A stretch of 54,126 nucleotides of DNA from Candidatus Omnitrophota bacterium. GTDB lineage: Bacteria; Omnitrophota; Gorgyraeia; Gygaellales; Profunditerraquicolaceae. The stretch's first letter is position 1. The number at the start of each line of letters is the position of its first letter. Below the pieces are notes generated by a model. It was not told the DNA's origin and did not search any database. It saw only the letters and a list, made by a program, of their open reading frames with translations. The position numbers and the translations under genes were made by a program. Positions 15,043 through 25,107 of this stretch are shown here, in pieces. The DNA lies in the NCBI GenBank assembly GCA_049517335.1, contig JBEKSD010000017.1, positions 1 to 54,126 of the forward strand, written 5' to 3'.

Positions 15043-15905
15043 AAATGTTTTCCTTTTGCGATTATCTTTAATAGTAATCCTGCTTTTTTTGGGCCGTTAA
15101 CGCAATCCCGTTTTAAGAAAACGTTATAATCCTGTTTTTCAACTTCGTCTAAGATCGAAGCGTAAACTTCTTTCATCGTCAATACGACAAAACGTGATCT
15201 CCTTGGAGAGATTACAGATATCCCTTTTCCCGACTCGCGGTAATATTCCCTTGCTCGCGCGATCTGAAATCTTAAGAGCTGTTTGAAATTCTCATTACAG
15301 TTCTCACCCGCAATATCCGCTTCGCTTACTTTGAACCTTTGCAATTCATCAAGAGGCAGGTATATTCTTCCCCGCGAGAAGTCTTCTTTAATATCACGGA
15401 TAATATTGGTAAGCTGCATAGCTATGCCTAAATCTGAAGCGTATTTTTCACCCTCTTTATCTTTAGAGCCAAACACCTTCAGCATTATTAATCCGATAAC
15501 TCCTGCGACGTGCCAGCAATAATCGCAGAGTTCGCTAAAGTCTTTATAGCGGTTTTTATGAATATCCATCTGCATGCCGCTGAGCAGTTCATCGAAATAT
15601 AACTTGGGGATTTTATAACGGTTTACAGTATCGTTAAAAGCCGCAAGGATAGCGTTATCAAGATTTTTGTTTGTATAGGCTACGTCAATATTCTGCTTTA
15701 CCTGATTCAGGCTTTTAAGCTGTTCCTCGGGCTTTACGCTGTCAACGCTTTCATCGCTTGAGCGGCAGATGGCGTAAATTGAATAACACGCCAGCCTCTT
15801 TGCCTTTCCCAAAAAAAGAGAGGCAAAATAAAATGTCCGGGCGTATCTTTTGGTAATATGCCTGGAGCGCTTAAACCCTACGCTGATCAGTTGCGCGTTT
15901 TGCAT
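15039..15905 (-). CDS. Phytoene/squalene synthase family protein
   Basis: TFYFAS, YC..VAG.IG and LG.AMQLTNIIRD..ED...GRIYLP motifs. Confidence 0.92.
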   Translation of the reverse strand: MQNAQLISVGFKRSRHITKRYARTFYFASLFLGKAKRLACYSIYAICRSSDESVDSVKPEEQLKSLNQVKQNIDVAYTNKNLDNAILAAFNDTVNRYKIPKLYFDELLSGMQMDIHKNRYKDFSELCDYCWHVAGVIGLIMLKVFGSKDKEGEKYASDLGIAMQLTNIIRDIKEDFSRGRIYLPLDELQRFKVSEADIAGENCNENFKQLLRFQIARAREYYRESGKGISVISPRRSRFVVLTMKEVYASILDEVEKQDYNVFLKRDCVNGPKKAGLLLKIIAKGKHL

Positions 15906-15984
15906 GACTATATTCTATAATAACTTTTGTTTGAATAAAAGCATATTTAGCAATAAAAATGGAGGAGTCTGCAAAAGATTGAAT

Positions 15985-17025
15985 TTAAAGGCTAAGCGTT
16001 TTTCTTGAGAAGGCATTAAGGCAGAGCCGGTAATTTTCTTTCATGGAAAGGTTTCTATTAAGGTTTTCAGCTTTTTTAAGGAGTGTGGTTATTTCATTCT
16101 TAGCGTAAGCCAGCGCGCCTGAGTTTTTAATAATAGCGCGCATTTTTAGAAGGTCTTCCTTCCTGATTTTTTTCCCCGACAATATTTTTTTGATAGCCGT
16201 TTTATCCTTAAGTCCGGATTTGTTATAGGCATACCAGATAAGGATTGTCTTTTTTGCTTCCTGCAGGTCGGTTATATTGGATTTTCCGATTTCTTTCTCC
16301 TTGCTAAAAGTGCTGAGGATATCATCCCGTATTTGAAAGGCCCTGCCTAAATAAATACCATAGTTATAAAGTTTGATTATCTCATTTTTACTTGCGCCGG
16401 CTAAAGTCGCTCCCATTACCAGCGGAGTAGAAAAAGTATAATTAGCCGTTTTTAAGTCGTAAACTTTGTAAATGTCGTTTTTCGTTATTGCACCGATTTT
16501 TTTAAAGTTCAGTATTAATTCGATAAACTCACCCGTGCCCGTATAAAGCGCCGCTTCGATAAGTTTCCTGAAAGCAGCTTCTTTATTTTCCGGTTTTTCC
16601 TTTATGGAAAGGAAGGCATGCAACGCCATGGCGTACATAACATCTCCGGCAATAATTGCCAGGTCCTGGCCGTTAAATTTGATATCGCGCCTGCCTTGTA
16701 AATATTTATTGAATACGGTATGCATTGAAGGTCGTCCCCTTCGGGTATCGGATTTGTCAATTATATCATCATGAACGAGCATAAAATCATGTAGGAGTTC
16801 TAAAGATGATGCGCTGCGGTAAAGGAGGCTCGCGGTTTTTTTGGAATAACCGAGGTAGCTGATGACAAAAAGTATGGGGCGTATGCGTTTGCCGCTCCTT
16901 TTGGCGAATTCATTGATACTTTTAAACAGAATGGGGGAGATTGATTTTAAGCGGTAAGTTTTTTCAATACTGCCGAGGAAATCTGCTAACTCGGCTTCTA
17001 TTTTATTTCTTATTTTCAAAAACAT
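15985..17025 (-). CDS. Polyprenyl (GGPP-type) synthetase
   Basis: GKRIRP, LVHDDIID....RRG, KTA.YT and FQIRDD motifs. Confidence 0.93.
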   Translation of the reverse strand: MFLKIRNKIEAELADFLGSIEKTYRLKSISPILFKSINEFAKRSGKRIRPILFVISYLGYSKKTASLLYRSASSLELLHDFMLVHDDIIDKSDTRRGRPSMHTVFNKYLQGRRDIKFNGQDLAIIAGDVMYAMALHAFLSIKEKPENKEAAFRKLIEAALYTGTGEFIELILNFKKIGAITKNDIYKVYDLKTANYTFSTPLVMGATLAGASKNEIIKLYNYGIYLGRAFQIRDDILSTFSKEKEIGKSNITDLQEAKKTILIWYAYNKSGLKDKTAIKKILSGKKIRKEDLLKMRAIIKNSGALAYAKNEITTLLKKAENLNRNLSMKENYRLCLNAFSRKTLSL

Positions 17026-17089
17026 AAACCTATGTTAACATATACCTAAACTTTAGGCAAATGGAAATATATTCCAATAAAAGGCTTTT

Positions 17090-18214
17090 ATGAAGAAAAT
17101 AGTAATTATCGGCGCGGGTTTTGCCGGGTTAAGCGCGGTAGAGAGGCTCTCTAAATCTAAATTAGATATTAGAGTTACTTTGATTGATAAAAAACAGACT
17201 TTTGATTTCCTTCCTACTTTACCTGACTGTATCGGTAGGCGCATTAATCCGAAGTTCCTAAGCTTTAATATAACCGACGCAGCAGCGAAATTTAAGTTTG
17301 ATTATATCAATGATGAAGTCACGGCAGTTGATTTGGAAAACAGGAAAATTCAGGCTGCCTTGCAGGTTTTTGACTATGATTATCTGATTATTGCTTCAGG
17401 TAGCGAGACTAATTTCTATGGAAACGAGAACTTAAGGCAGAATGCTTGTAAGGTTGATAATGTAGAAGATGTTACTAAGCTCATAAATATCATCAAAAGT
17501 AAAGATTTCAGCACATATTTTGTCTGCGGAGGAGGCTATACCGGAATTGAGGTTGCCACAAATTTAAGGTTATTCCTAGATAAGTTTAAGAAAAAAAACA
17601 GGCGCATTATCATTGTTGAGCATGCGCCTTCTATTTTAGGGCCGCTTCCCGAATGGATAAAAGAATACACGCGACATAATCTTAAGAAATTGGATATAGA
17701 AGTATTTTTAAACAGTTCTGTTGAAAGGGTAGACAGGGGCAGTGTTTTTGTTTACGGTGGCAAAATTTTTGAGAATGCGTTTCTTATCTGGGCTGCTGGA
17801 GTAAAAACTGCTCCTTTTATCCAGAATATAAATGTGGAAAAGAACCCTCAGGGCAGGATTAAAGTTAGCCCTTATTTGAGGATAAAGTATAATTGTTATG
17901 TTGTGGGGGACGCGGCTTATTTTTCCGCGAAAAACTCATTTTTAAGAATGGCTGTGCAATTTTCCATCTATGAAGGCAGGCTGGCTGCGGAAAATGTTTT
18001 AAGAAACATAGAAGGTAAGGAGCCAAAGCCCTATAAACCGCTGGATTTAGGTTACATTATCCCTATGGCTAATAATAAGTCTTGTGGCATAGTTTTGGGA
18101 TTTAAATTAAAGGGTTTTATTCCCACGGTTTTGCATTTTATAATGTGCACTTACCGTTTATGTGGCATCAAAAATAAACTTGGTTTACTCCGTAATCTTA
18201 TCGGTATAAAATAG
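17090..18214 (+). CDS. NDH-2-like FAD-dependent oxidoreductase
   Basis: GAGFAG, GGGYTGIE, WAAGV and VGDAA motifs. Confidence 0.88.
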   Translation: MKKIVIIGAGFAGLSAVERLSKSKLDIRVTLIDKKQTFDFLPTLPDCIGRRINPKFLSFNITDAAAKFKFDYINDEVTAVDLENRKIQAALQVFDYDYLIIASGSETNFYGNENLRQNACKVDNVEDVTKLINIIKSKDFSTYFVCGGGYTGIEVATNLRLFLDKFKKKNRRIIIVEHAPSILGPLPEWIKEYTRHNLKKLDIEVFLNSSVERVDRGSVFVYGGKIFENAFLIWAAGVKTAPFIQNINVEKNPQGRIKVSPYLRIKYNCYVVGDAAYFSAKNSFLRMAVQFSIYEGRLAAENVLRNIEGKEPKPYKPLDLGYIIPMANNKSCGIVLGFKLKGFIPTVLHFIMCTYRLCGIKNKLGLLRNLIGIK

Positions 18215-18226
18215 TCGATTGTAAAT

Positions 18227-18910
18227 ATGCATATCCCTGATGGATATTTAGGCCCGGCAACATGCACCTTTTTTTATGTAATCATGCTGCCGATATGGAC
18301 GGTTGCATCAAGAATTGTCAAGAAAACGCTTAAAGCGCGGCAAGTCCCGATGTTGGCAATAGGCGCGGCATTTAGTTTTGTAATCATGATGTTCAATATC
18401 CCTATCCCCGGAGGTTCAACCGGGCATGCAGTAGGAGGAGTGCTGGTAGCGATACTTTTAGGGCCGTGGGCAGCGTGTATTGCCATAACCGTAGCTTTGG
18501 TTATACAAGCGTTGTTATTCGGAGATGGAGGCATTACTGCGGTAGGGGCCAATTGTTTTAACATGGCTTTTATTTTACCGTTTGTAGGGTACTATATTTA
18601 TAAAGCAATTAGTTATAATGCTTCGATAGATTCTAATAGAAGAGTAATCGCCGCATTTATAGGAGGATATATAGGCATTAATGCTGCTGCGTTCTTAGCC
18701 GGCGTTGAATTCGGCTTGCAGCCTTTATTGCACCATTCTGCCAGCGGACAAGCTTTGTATTGCCCTTACGGGCTTAATGTTGCTGTGGCGGCAATGACAG
18801 GAGAGCATTTGTTAATATTCGGCTGGGTAGAAGCTATTGTTACAGCGCTGGTAGTTAAATATTTGCAGAAACAGTCTCCGGAGTTTCTTCAGGAAGAGGA
18901 GGAGGCGTAA
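18227..18910 (+). CDS. cbiM: ECF Ni/Co transporter substrate component (NikM/CbiM)
   Basis: MHIPDG N-terminus (NikM-type), STGH and LFGDGG motifs. Confidence 0.92.
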   Translation: MHIPDGYLGPATCTFFYVIMLPIWTVASRIVKKTLKARQVPMLAIGAAFSFVIMMFNIPIPGGSTGHAVGGVLVAILLGPWAACIAITVALVIQALLFGDGGITAVGANCFNMAFILPFVGYYIYKAISYNASIDSNRRVIAAFIGGYIGINAAAFLAGVEFGLQPLLHHSASGQALYCPYGLNVAVAAMTGEHLLIFGWVEAIVTALVVKYLQKQSPEFLQEEEEA

Positions 18911-19245
18911 TGAAGCCTATTACTAAATTTTGGATTGCCATTGCGGTTTTAATTATTTTATCCCCATTAGGGTTAATGCTTCCTAAACATTTTAAGGCCG
19001 GGAGCGCCTGGGGAGAGTGGGGTGTTGATAAGATGCAGAAACTGGCAGGGTATATTCCTAAGGGATTAGGTAAACTTTCAAATCTTTGGAAAGCCCCAAT
19101 GCCGGATTATGCGTTTAAGGGTTGGGAGGGAAAAGGGTTACCTCAGCTTAGTTTCGCATATATAATGTCAGCCATAGCCGGCATACTTATAATAGTTATA
19201 GTGGTATTGATAATAGGCAGGCTGCTGGTAAAGAAAGGCGGATAG
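18910..19245 (+). CDS. PDGLE/NikN-like component
   Basis: LSPLG...AWGEW...APMPDY with two TMs, between the M and Q genes. Confidence 0.8.
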   Translation: MKPITKFWIAIAVLIILSPLGLMLPKHFKAGSAWGEWGVDKMQKLAGYIPKGLGKLSNLWKAPMPDYAFKGWEGKGLPQLSFAYIMSAIAGILIIVIVVLIIGRLLVKKGG

Positions 19246-19248
19246 TTA

Positions 19249-20079
19249 GTGTTTGGGAAAAATAATTTCATAGAGTGCTCGATACTAGGCGCTCTGTCTT
19301 TTTTAAAAGAATCGATTTTTGCCGACGAGTATGCCCTGAAAAAAGGGCTACTGCAGATCTTGGACCCGAGGATAAAAACATTCACCCTTCTTTTGTTTAT
19401 TATTCAGGTTATCCTGACAAGAAATATGCTAATCTTATCCTCCCTATATGCTTTATGTTTGTTTCTAGCTTTGTTTTCCAGAATAAACTTGGGATTTTTC
19501 TTAAAGCGCACATGGGTATTTATACCCTTATTTTCGCTCTTTATTGCCGTTCCTGCAATATTTAGCGTTTTTTCGCCCGGCGAAATACTGGCTACATGGA
19601 AAATCTCCGGGATTAACTTAAGTATTACCCGTCAGGGATTAGCCGGAGCAGGATTATTCGTTATGCGTGTAATAACATCGGTATCCTTTGCCGTGCTCTT
19701 AAGCATTACCACCAAACATTTTGCCCTGCTTAAAGTCCTACGCGTTTTTAAGATTCCCCAGATATTTGTGATGACAGTGGGTATGTGTTACAGATATGTT
19801 TACCTTTTTGTGGAAATAATAGAAAATACCTATCTTGCGATCAAAAGCCGGGTAGGAGGCAGGCTTCATTATAAGAAGGGGCAGAGTGTTGTAGCTTGGA
19901 ATATCGCTTTTCTCTGGCAGCGCTCTTACCGCTTAAATGAGGACGTGTATAAATCAATGCTATCGAGGGGCTATAACGGCGAGCCGGCGACAAAAGAAAC
20001 ATTCAGGGCTAAGGCGAGAGACTGGGTATGGTTATTCACGGCCTCGGCGATATTTTTACTTCTAATATGGATAAAATAA
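19249..20079 (+). CDS. cbiQ: ECF transporter T component (CbiQ/NikQ)
   Basis: LDPRIK, YRY, A..SR and MLSRGY motifs. Confidence 0.9.
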   Translation: MFGKNNFIECSILGALSFLKESIFADEYALKKGLLQILDPRIKTFTLLLFIIQVILTRNMLILSSLYALCLFLALFSRINLGFFLKRTWVFIPLFSLFIAVPAIFSVFSPGEILATWKISGINLSITRQGLAGAGLFVMRVITSVSFAVLLSITTKHFALLKVLRVFKIPQIFVMTVGMCYRYVYLFVEIIENTYLAIKSRVGGRLHYKKGQSVVAWNIAFLWQRSYRLNEDVYKSMLSRGYNGEPATKETFRAKARDWVWLFTASAIFLLLIWIK

Positions 20080-20864
20080 TTTTTGAATTAAAAAACGTTT
20101 CTTTTGCGCACGCCGGAAAATTTCCGGCTTTACGCAATATTGGCCTGACTATTAACAGCGGCGAAAAAATAGCCATTCTGGGCGCGAACGGAACAGGAAA
20201 GTCCACGCTTCTTCATTTGCTGGATGCCTTAATTTTTCCGCAAGTTGGCTCTATAAAAACATTCGGCAGGCAGCTTAATGAGCGCGATTTTAATGACGAA
20301 GGATTTACCCACGATTTCAGAAGGAAAATAGGGTTTGTTTTTCAGAATCCTGATGTGCAGCTATTTTGTCCTACGGTTGAAGAAGATATTTTTTTCGGGC
20401 CCCTGCAGCTTGACCTTGATATGGATGAGGCAGAGGCGCGTTTTGATAAAATTATAGAGAAACTCCACATAAAACATTTGATTAGAAGGATGCCTCATCA
20501 GTTGAGCTTGGGCGAAAAAAAGAAGGTGAGCATCGCCTCCGTTCTGGTGATTGATCCCGAAGTCCTGCTTCTTGATGAACCCACTGCCGGGCTTGATCCG
20601 CGCACCTGCAGGGAGCTTATTGACTTAATTGACGATTACCACGCGCAGGGCAGGACGGTCATTACCGCAATACAGGATTTGCATATCGTCCCGGAAATGG
20701 CGGATAAAATATTCATTCTGAACGAAGAGAAGTCAATCGCCGTAAGCGGCAGCTGCGAGGAAATACTCACCCAACAGCCGCTTTTGGAAAAATTTAACCT
20801 AGCGCACATCCATAAACATAAGCACGACGGCTCCTGGCATAGCCATTCCCACCAGCATTCGTAA
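20067..20864 (+). CDS. cbiO: ECF transporter ATPase (CbiO/NikO) with His-rich tail
   Basis: GANGTGKS, FQNPD.QLF, LSLGE and LLDEPT motifs; ends HIHKHKHDGSWHSHSHQHS. Confidence 0.9.
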   Translation: MDKIIFELKNVSFAHAGKFPALRNIGLTINSGEKIAILGANGTGKSTLLHLLDALIFPQVGSIKTFGRQLNERDFNDEGFTHDFRRKIGFVFQNPDVQLFCPTVEEDIFFGPLQLDLDMDEAEARFDKIIEKLHIKHLIRRMPHQLSLGEKKKVSIASVLVIDPEVLLLDEPTAGLDPRTCRELIDLIDDYHAQGRTVITAIQDLHIVPEMADKIFILNEEKSIAVSGSCEEILTQQPLLEKFNLAHIHKHKHDGSWHSHSHQHS

Positions 20865-20913
20865 ATCATATATAGCTTGAATTTATTGATTTTTTAGGCT
20901 ATATTATCTTTTC

Positions 20914-22077
20914 ATGAAAACGCATAGATTAGCAATCATTGGTGTTGTTATTGTTTTATTCCTTGCGGTTTATTCGTTTGCTAAAGCCGAAGGGATGCGC
21001 AGATTAATTGTTTTCTTCTCACCCAGCTGCCATGCCTGCGCTCAGGCTAAAAAAACAGTGATACCGGAGATAGCAAAGCAATATGCCAGCCGGGTGGAGA
21101 TAGAATACAGAGATATTACGGATATTGAAAATTATAAATTCCTTTTGAGTTTGAAAGCTGCGCAAAAAGACACGTCCCCCGTTGCCATCCCGGTTTTTTA
21201 TTTTGAAGGCAATTTTTTAGTTGGCCTAAAGTCAGCGGAAAATTTACACAAGATAATAGAAGCTTCTTTGAATAAGCCTCTTGGGCCGCTACCTGAATCA
21301 ATAGTGGATTTGTATGAACACTTTAAATCTTTCCGGCCGCTGGTGATTTTTAGCGCTGCACTCATTGACGGGATTAATCCTTGTGCTTTTACCGTTATAG
21401 TATTTTTTATGTCATTCCTTGCTTTTCAGGGATACAGAAGGCGCGTGCTGATTATCGTAGGCCTCACGTTCATTTTTGCGGTATTCCTCACCTATCTTTT
21501 ACTTAGGATAGGCATCTTTCAGTTTATATACCGTCTGGAAGGGTTCTTTCTACTTTCAAGGATAGTTAATCTGGGAATAGGGGTGTTCAGCATAATTTTG
21601 GGTTTTTTCGCCGTTTACGATTTCTATAAATTCAAAAAAACCGGCCGAAGCGAAGGCCTTGCCTTACAGTTACCTCAGGCGGTCAAAAATCAAATCCATT
21701 CGATCATTAGTTCACATTACAGAAGGAGCACGGCAGAAAAAGAGGAAGGAAAACATGAGAATGTTTCAAGCTTGATTGTTAGTCTTTTTATCACTGGTTT
21801 CCTCGTGTCGTTGTTAGAAGCAGTCTGCACTGGCCAGACTTATCTTCCGACGATAGTTTTCATTTTGAAAGCCTACAGAAGTTTTAAGGCGCTTGCTTAC
21901 TTGTTAATATATAACTTGTTGTTCATAATGCCGTTGGTAATAATATTTTTATGCGCCGTACTTGGAGCCACTTCCGTAGATTGTTCCGCGTTCATGAAAA
22001 AACGGTTAGCCTTAATCAAGATATTAATGGCAATTTTATTTTTTAGTTTAGGTGCATTTTTAATCTGGAGGGGGTAA
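20914..22077 (+). CDS. Thioredoxin-like plus DsbD/CcdA-like membrane redox protein
   Basis: CHAC motif; DGINPCAF and LEAVCTGQ.Y in the TM domain. Confidence 0.8.
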   Translation: MKTHRLAIIGVVIVLFLAVYSFAKAEGMRRLIVFFSPSCHACAQAKKTVIPEIAKQYASRVEIEYRDITDIENYKFLLSLKAAQKDTSPVAIPVFYFEGNFLVGLKSAENLHKIIEASLNKPLGPLPESIVDLYEHFKSFRPLVIFSAALIDGINPCAFTVIVFFMSFLAFQGYRRRVLIIVGLTFIFAVFLTYLLLRIGIFQFIYRLEGFFLLSRIVNLGIGVFSIILGFFAVYDFYKFKKTGRSEGLALQLPQAVKNQIHSIISSHYRRSTAEKEEGKHENVSSLIVSLFITGFLVSLLEAVCTGQTYLPTIVFILKAYRSFKALAYLLIYNLLFIMPLVIIFLCAVLGATSVDCSAFMKKRLALIKILMAILFFSLGAFLIWRG

Positions 22078-22448
22078 TGCGAAACATTATTCTATTAATA
22101 TTTTTCTTTTTCCTGTGTACGCTTTTATGCCTGGCCGATGATAAAGCGAGTAGCCCTGACCTGTGGGATTTCGGTACGGTCAAGGCAGGGGATGTGCTGC
22201 AACACGAGTTTGCCTTAAAGAACGATTCCGGAAAAACACTGAATATAAATAACGTTTCAACCAGCTGCGGCTGTACTGCTTCCGTTGCCAGGAAGAAAAG
22301 CCTTCTCCCGGGAGAGAGCACAACAATAGAGGTTAAATTTAACACTAAGGGGTATTCGGGAGAAGTGAAGCAGCATATTTATGTTAATACTGATAATGTT
22401 GACAAGGCACTTATTGTGTTTATAATAAAGGCTAATGTGGTTAAGTAG
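22077..22448 (+). CDS. DUF1573-like Ig-fold secreted protein
   Basis: WDFG, V.TSCGCT and LLPGES motifs. Confidence 0.8.
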   Translation: MRNIILLIFFFFLCTLLCLADDKASSPDLWDFGTVKAGDVLQHEFALKNDSGKTLNINNVSTSCGCTASVARKKSLLPGESTTIEVKFNTKGYSGEVKQHIYVNTDNVDKALIVFIIKANVVK

Positions 22449-22461
22449 TTCATGGCCTATG

Positions 22462-22516
22462 GCTAATAGTTCATAGTAAAAACAAACCCACGAATTATTA
22501 GCTATGAACTATTAGC
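22462..22516. repeat. 15-bp perfect inverted repeat upstream of htpX
   Basis: GCTAATAGTTCATAG 22462-22476 / CTATGAACTATTAGC 22502-22516. Confidence 0.7.
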
Positions 22517-22536
22517 TAAATCAAGGAGATGATAAC

Positions 22537-23502
22537 ATGTTTGGTTTGAAATTAAGGATGTGGTTGTTAGTTACAGTACTTTTTGCGTTGATATATGCGG
22601 CTGTCGTAGTTATCGGCAGGGTATTTTTCCACGTCGGCGATTTTTGGTTCTATTTTATTATTTCTGCGGTGATGATGTTTATCCAGTATATGCTTGGGCC
22701 CAAAATCGTTGAGTGGTCCATGCACGTTAAATATATTAAAAGGCAGGATAACCCGCGCCTTTACCAGATGATAGAAGGCCTCGCCATGCGCGCAGGCATA
22801 CCGGTGCCAAGAATTGGCATTGCTGAAATTGATATACCGAATGCTTTTGCTTTTGGCAGAAGTGTTCGCGACGGCAGGGTATGCGTCACGCGCGGGATTT
22901 TGAATCTGTTGAATGACGAAGAAACAAAAGCAGTGTTGGGACATGAGCTTACGCACTTGAAGAACCATGATGTTCTGACAATAACCCTGCTTTCGGTCAT
23001 CCCTATGGTGATGTACCGTATTGCCTGGAGTTTCCTGTTTTATGGCCGCAGGCGCGATGAGCGAGGAGGGGGTAATACGGTATTAATTGGAATAGCCGCG
23101 TTTATTTTTTATTTTATCACCAACCTACTCGTGCTTTACGCTTCGCGTATCCGCGAATACTTTGCGGATAAAGGTTCGGTGGAGCTGGGTAACCGGCCGT
23201 CGGCATTGGCTTCAAGCTTATATAAGCTGGTTTATGGCTCAGCCCGGGCAAATAAGGAGTTTTTGAAAGAGGTTGAGGGCTTAAAGGCATTTTTTGTCAA
23301 CGACCCGTCGCAGGCAATGAAAGAGATAAAGGAATTAAGCCAGCTTGACTTGGATAAAAACGGCACCATTGACTCTTCGGAGCTGGAAGCCCTTAAGAAC
23401 ACCCCCGTTCATTTGAGCTTTGGGGACAGGGCGATGGAGGTTTTAAGCACCCATCCGAATATGCTTAAGCGTATAAAGAGGCTTTCTACTTATAAGGTTT
23501 AA
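22537..23502 (+). CDS. htpX: Zinc metalloprotease HtpX (M48)
   Basis: PNAFAFG, HELTH, SRIREY.AD and STHP motifs. Confidence 0.93.
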   Translation: MFGLKLRMWLLVTVLFALIYAAVVVIGRVFFHVGDFWFYFIISAVMMFIQYMLGPKIVEWSMHVKYIKRQDNPRLYQMIEGLAMRAGIPVPRIGIAEIDIPNAFAFGRSVRDGRVCVTRGILNLLNDEETKAVLGHELTHLKNHDVLTITLLSVIPMVMYRIAWSFLFYGRRRDERGGGNTVLIGIAAFIFYFITNLLVLYASRIREYFADKGSVELGNRPSALASSLYKLVYGSARANKEFLKEVEGLKAFFVNDPSQAMKEIKELSQLDLDKNGTIDSSELEALKNTPVHLSFGDRAMEVLSTHPNMLKRIKRLSTYKV

Positions 23503-23554
23503 CCTTATCTTTTAAGCTTAACCTTTATACCGTAACAAGATATGGGAATCAATT

Positions 23555-23593
23555 AAAGGGGACGGACCAGAATTTCGGGCCCGTCCCCTTTTT
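23555..23593 (+). terminator. Intrinsic terminator after htpX
   Basis: AAAGGGGACGG...CCGTCCCCTTTTT. Confidence 0.8.
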
Positions 23594-23646
23594 GTATCCT
23601 TTTCTTGGTTGACATAATCCCGAATTTCTTATATAATTATCCAACT

Positions 23647-25107
23647 ATGGAGCTAAACGAGATTATTCAGCAAAGAATCGCAAAATTAAGATTGCTTAAA
23701 GCTAAAAATATCCCTTTGTACCCTGCTTCCGTGCCTGTGCATATCACTGTGGAAAATGCTGTAGGAGGTTTTAATGAAGCTCAAACCGCACCTCAAACGG
23801 TTACCCTTTGCGGCCGCATCAGCGCTGTGCGTTCCCACGGAAAAGCGAGTTTCCTTGATCTGAAAGATGAAAGCGGCAGGATACAGCTTTACATTAAACG
23901 CGATTTAATCACAGAGGAAAAAGCGGAAATCTTTGCTTCCTTTGATATAGCTGATTTTATCAGCGTTACGGGAGAGCTTTTCAAAACGCATACCGGCGAA
24001 CTTACGGTTAAGGTCAAGGATTTCTGCCTGCTTGCTAAGACTTTAAGGCCCCTGCCTGAAAAATGGCACGGCTTAAAAGACGTTGAGCTGCGTTACAGGC
24101 AGCGTTACCTTGACCTGATTTCCAATGACGAGGTAAAAAGGGTTTTCCGTATGCGCAGCCGCATCATAAAAGCAGTGAGAAATTTCCTTGACGCAAAAGG
24201 TTTTCTGGAAGTTGAAACCCCGATGATGCATGATATTGCCGGAGGGGCTGCGGGCAGGCCGTTTAAGACACATCATAATGAATACGATATGGATCTTTAT
24301 TTGAGAATCGCCCCAGAACTTTATCTAAAGCGGCTGCTCGTCGGCGGGTTGGAAAGGGTTTATGAGATTAACCGTTCCTTCCGCAACGAAGGTGTCTCTA
24401 CACGCCATAACCCTGAATTTACCATGCTTGAGGTTTACCGCGCTTACGCCGGCTATGCAGATATGATGCTTTTAACCGAAGAGTTGATTACATTTGTCGC
24501 AAAAGAAGTCTTAGGGAAAGACGAATTTACCTATCAGGGGAAAACTGCGAGTTTAAAAACTCCGTGGGCGAAGCGCTCGTTTGCGCAAATGGTTAAGGAA
24601 AGATTTGATATTGAGCCCGGCGATGAAACAGTTGCGATGCTAAAGAAGCTTCAGGTTAAAGGCTTTGCTAGAGATAAAAACAGGCTTACCCGTTCGCAGG
24701 TAAATAAAATTATTGAAGATATTCTGGAAGAGGATTTAAGTGTGAATCCTACCTTCGTTACGGATTACTATACTTCTTTAAGCCCGCTGGCTAAGACAAA
24801 AAAAGACAACCCGCTTATCTCTGAGAGGTTTGAATTTTTTGTTGCCGGTATGGAATTGGGTAATGCGTATTCGGAGTTAAATGACCCGGTTGAACAGAAA
24901 AAGCGTTTTGAGGATGAAATAGGCGATTTGAATACCGATGAAAAGAAGAGCGTGGATGATGATTACGTGCTGGCCCTTGAACATGGTATGCCTCCAGCAG
25001 GAGGTTTAGGTATCGGTATTGACCGGTTAGTGATGTTGTTTACGGATTCGCCTTCAATCCGCGATGTGATTTTGTTCCCGCTCTTGAGGCCGAATAATGA
25101 AACTTGA
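23647..25107 (+). CDS. lysS: Lysine--tRNA ligase
   Basis: RYRQRYLDL, LRIAPELYLKRL, FRNEG and GLGIGIDRL motifs; probable start at ATG 23647. Confidence 0.97.
   Translation: MELNEIIQQRIAKLRLLKAKNIPLYPASVPVHITVENAVGGFNEAQTAPQTVTLCGRISAVRSHGKASFLDLKDESGRIQLYIKRDLITEEKAEIFASFDIADFISVTGELFKTHTGELTVKVKDFCLLAKTLRPLPEKWHGLKDVELRYRQRYLDLISNDEVKRVFRMRSRIIKAVRNFLDAKGFLEVETPMMHDIAGGAAGRPFKTHHNEYDMDLYLRIAPELYLKRLLVGGLERVYEINRSFRNEGVSTRHNPEFTMLEVYRAYAGYADMMLLTEELITFVAKEVLGKDEFTYQGKTASLKTPWAKRSFAQMVKERFDIEPGDETVAMLKKLQVKGFARDKNRLTRSQVNKIIEDILEEDLSVNPTFVTDYYTSLSPLAKTKKDNPLISERFEFFVAGMELGNAYSELNDPVEQKKRFEDEIGDLNTDEKKSVDDDYVLALEHGMPPAGGLGIGIDRLVMLFTDSPSIRDVILFPLLRPNNET

Noticed and set aside
18214-18227. Cobalamin or NiCo riboswitch before cbiM/nikM
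   Set aside because: The intergenic gap is only 12 bp.
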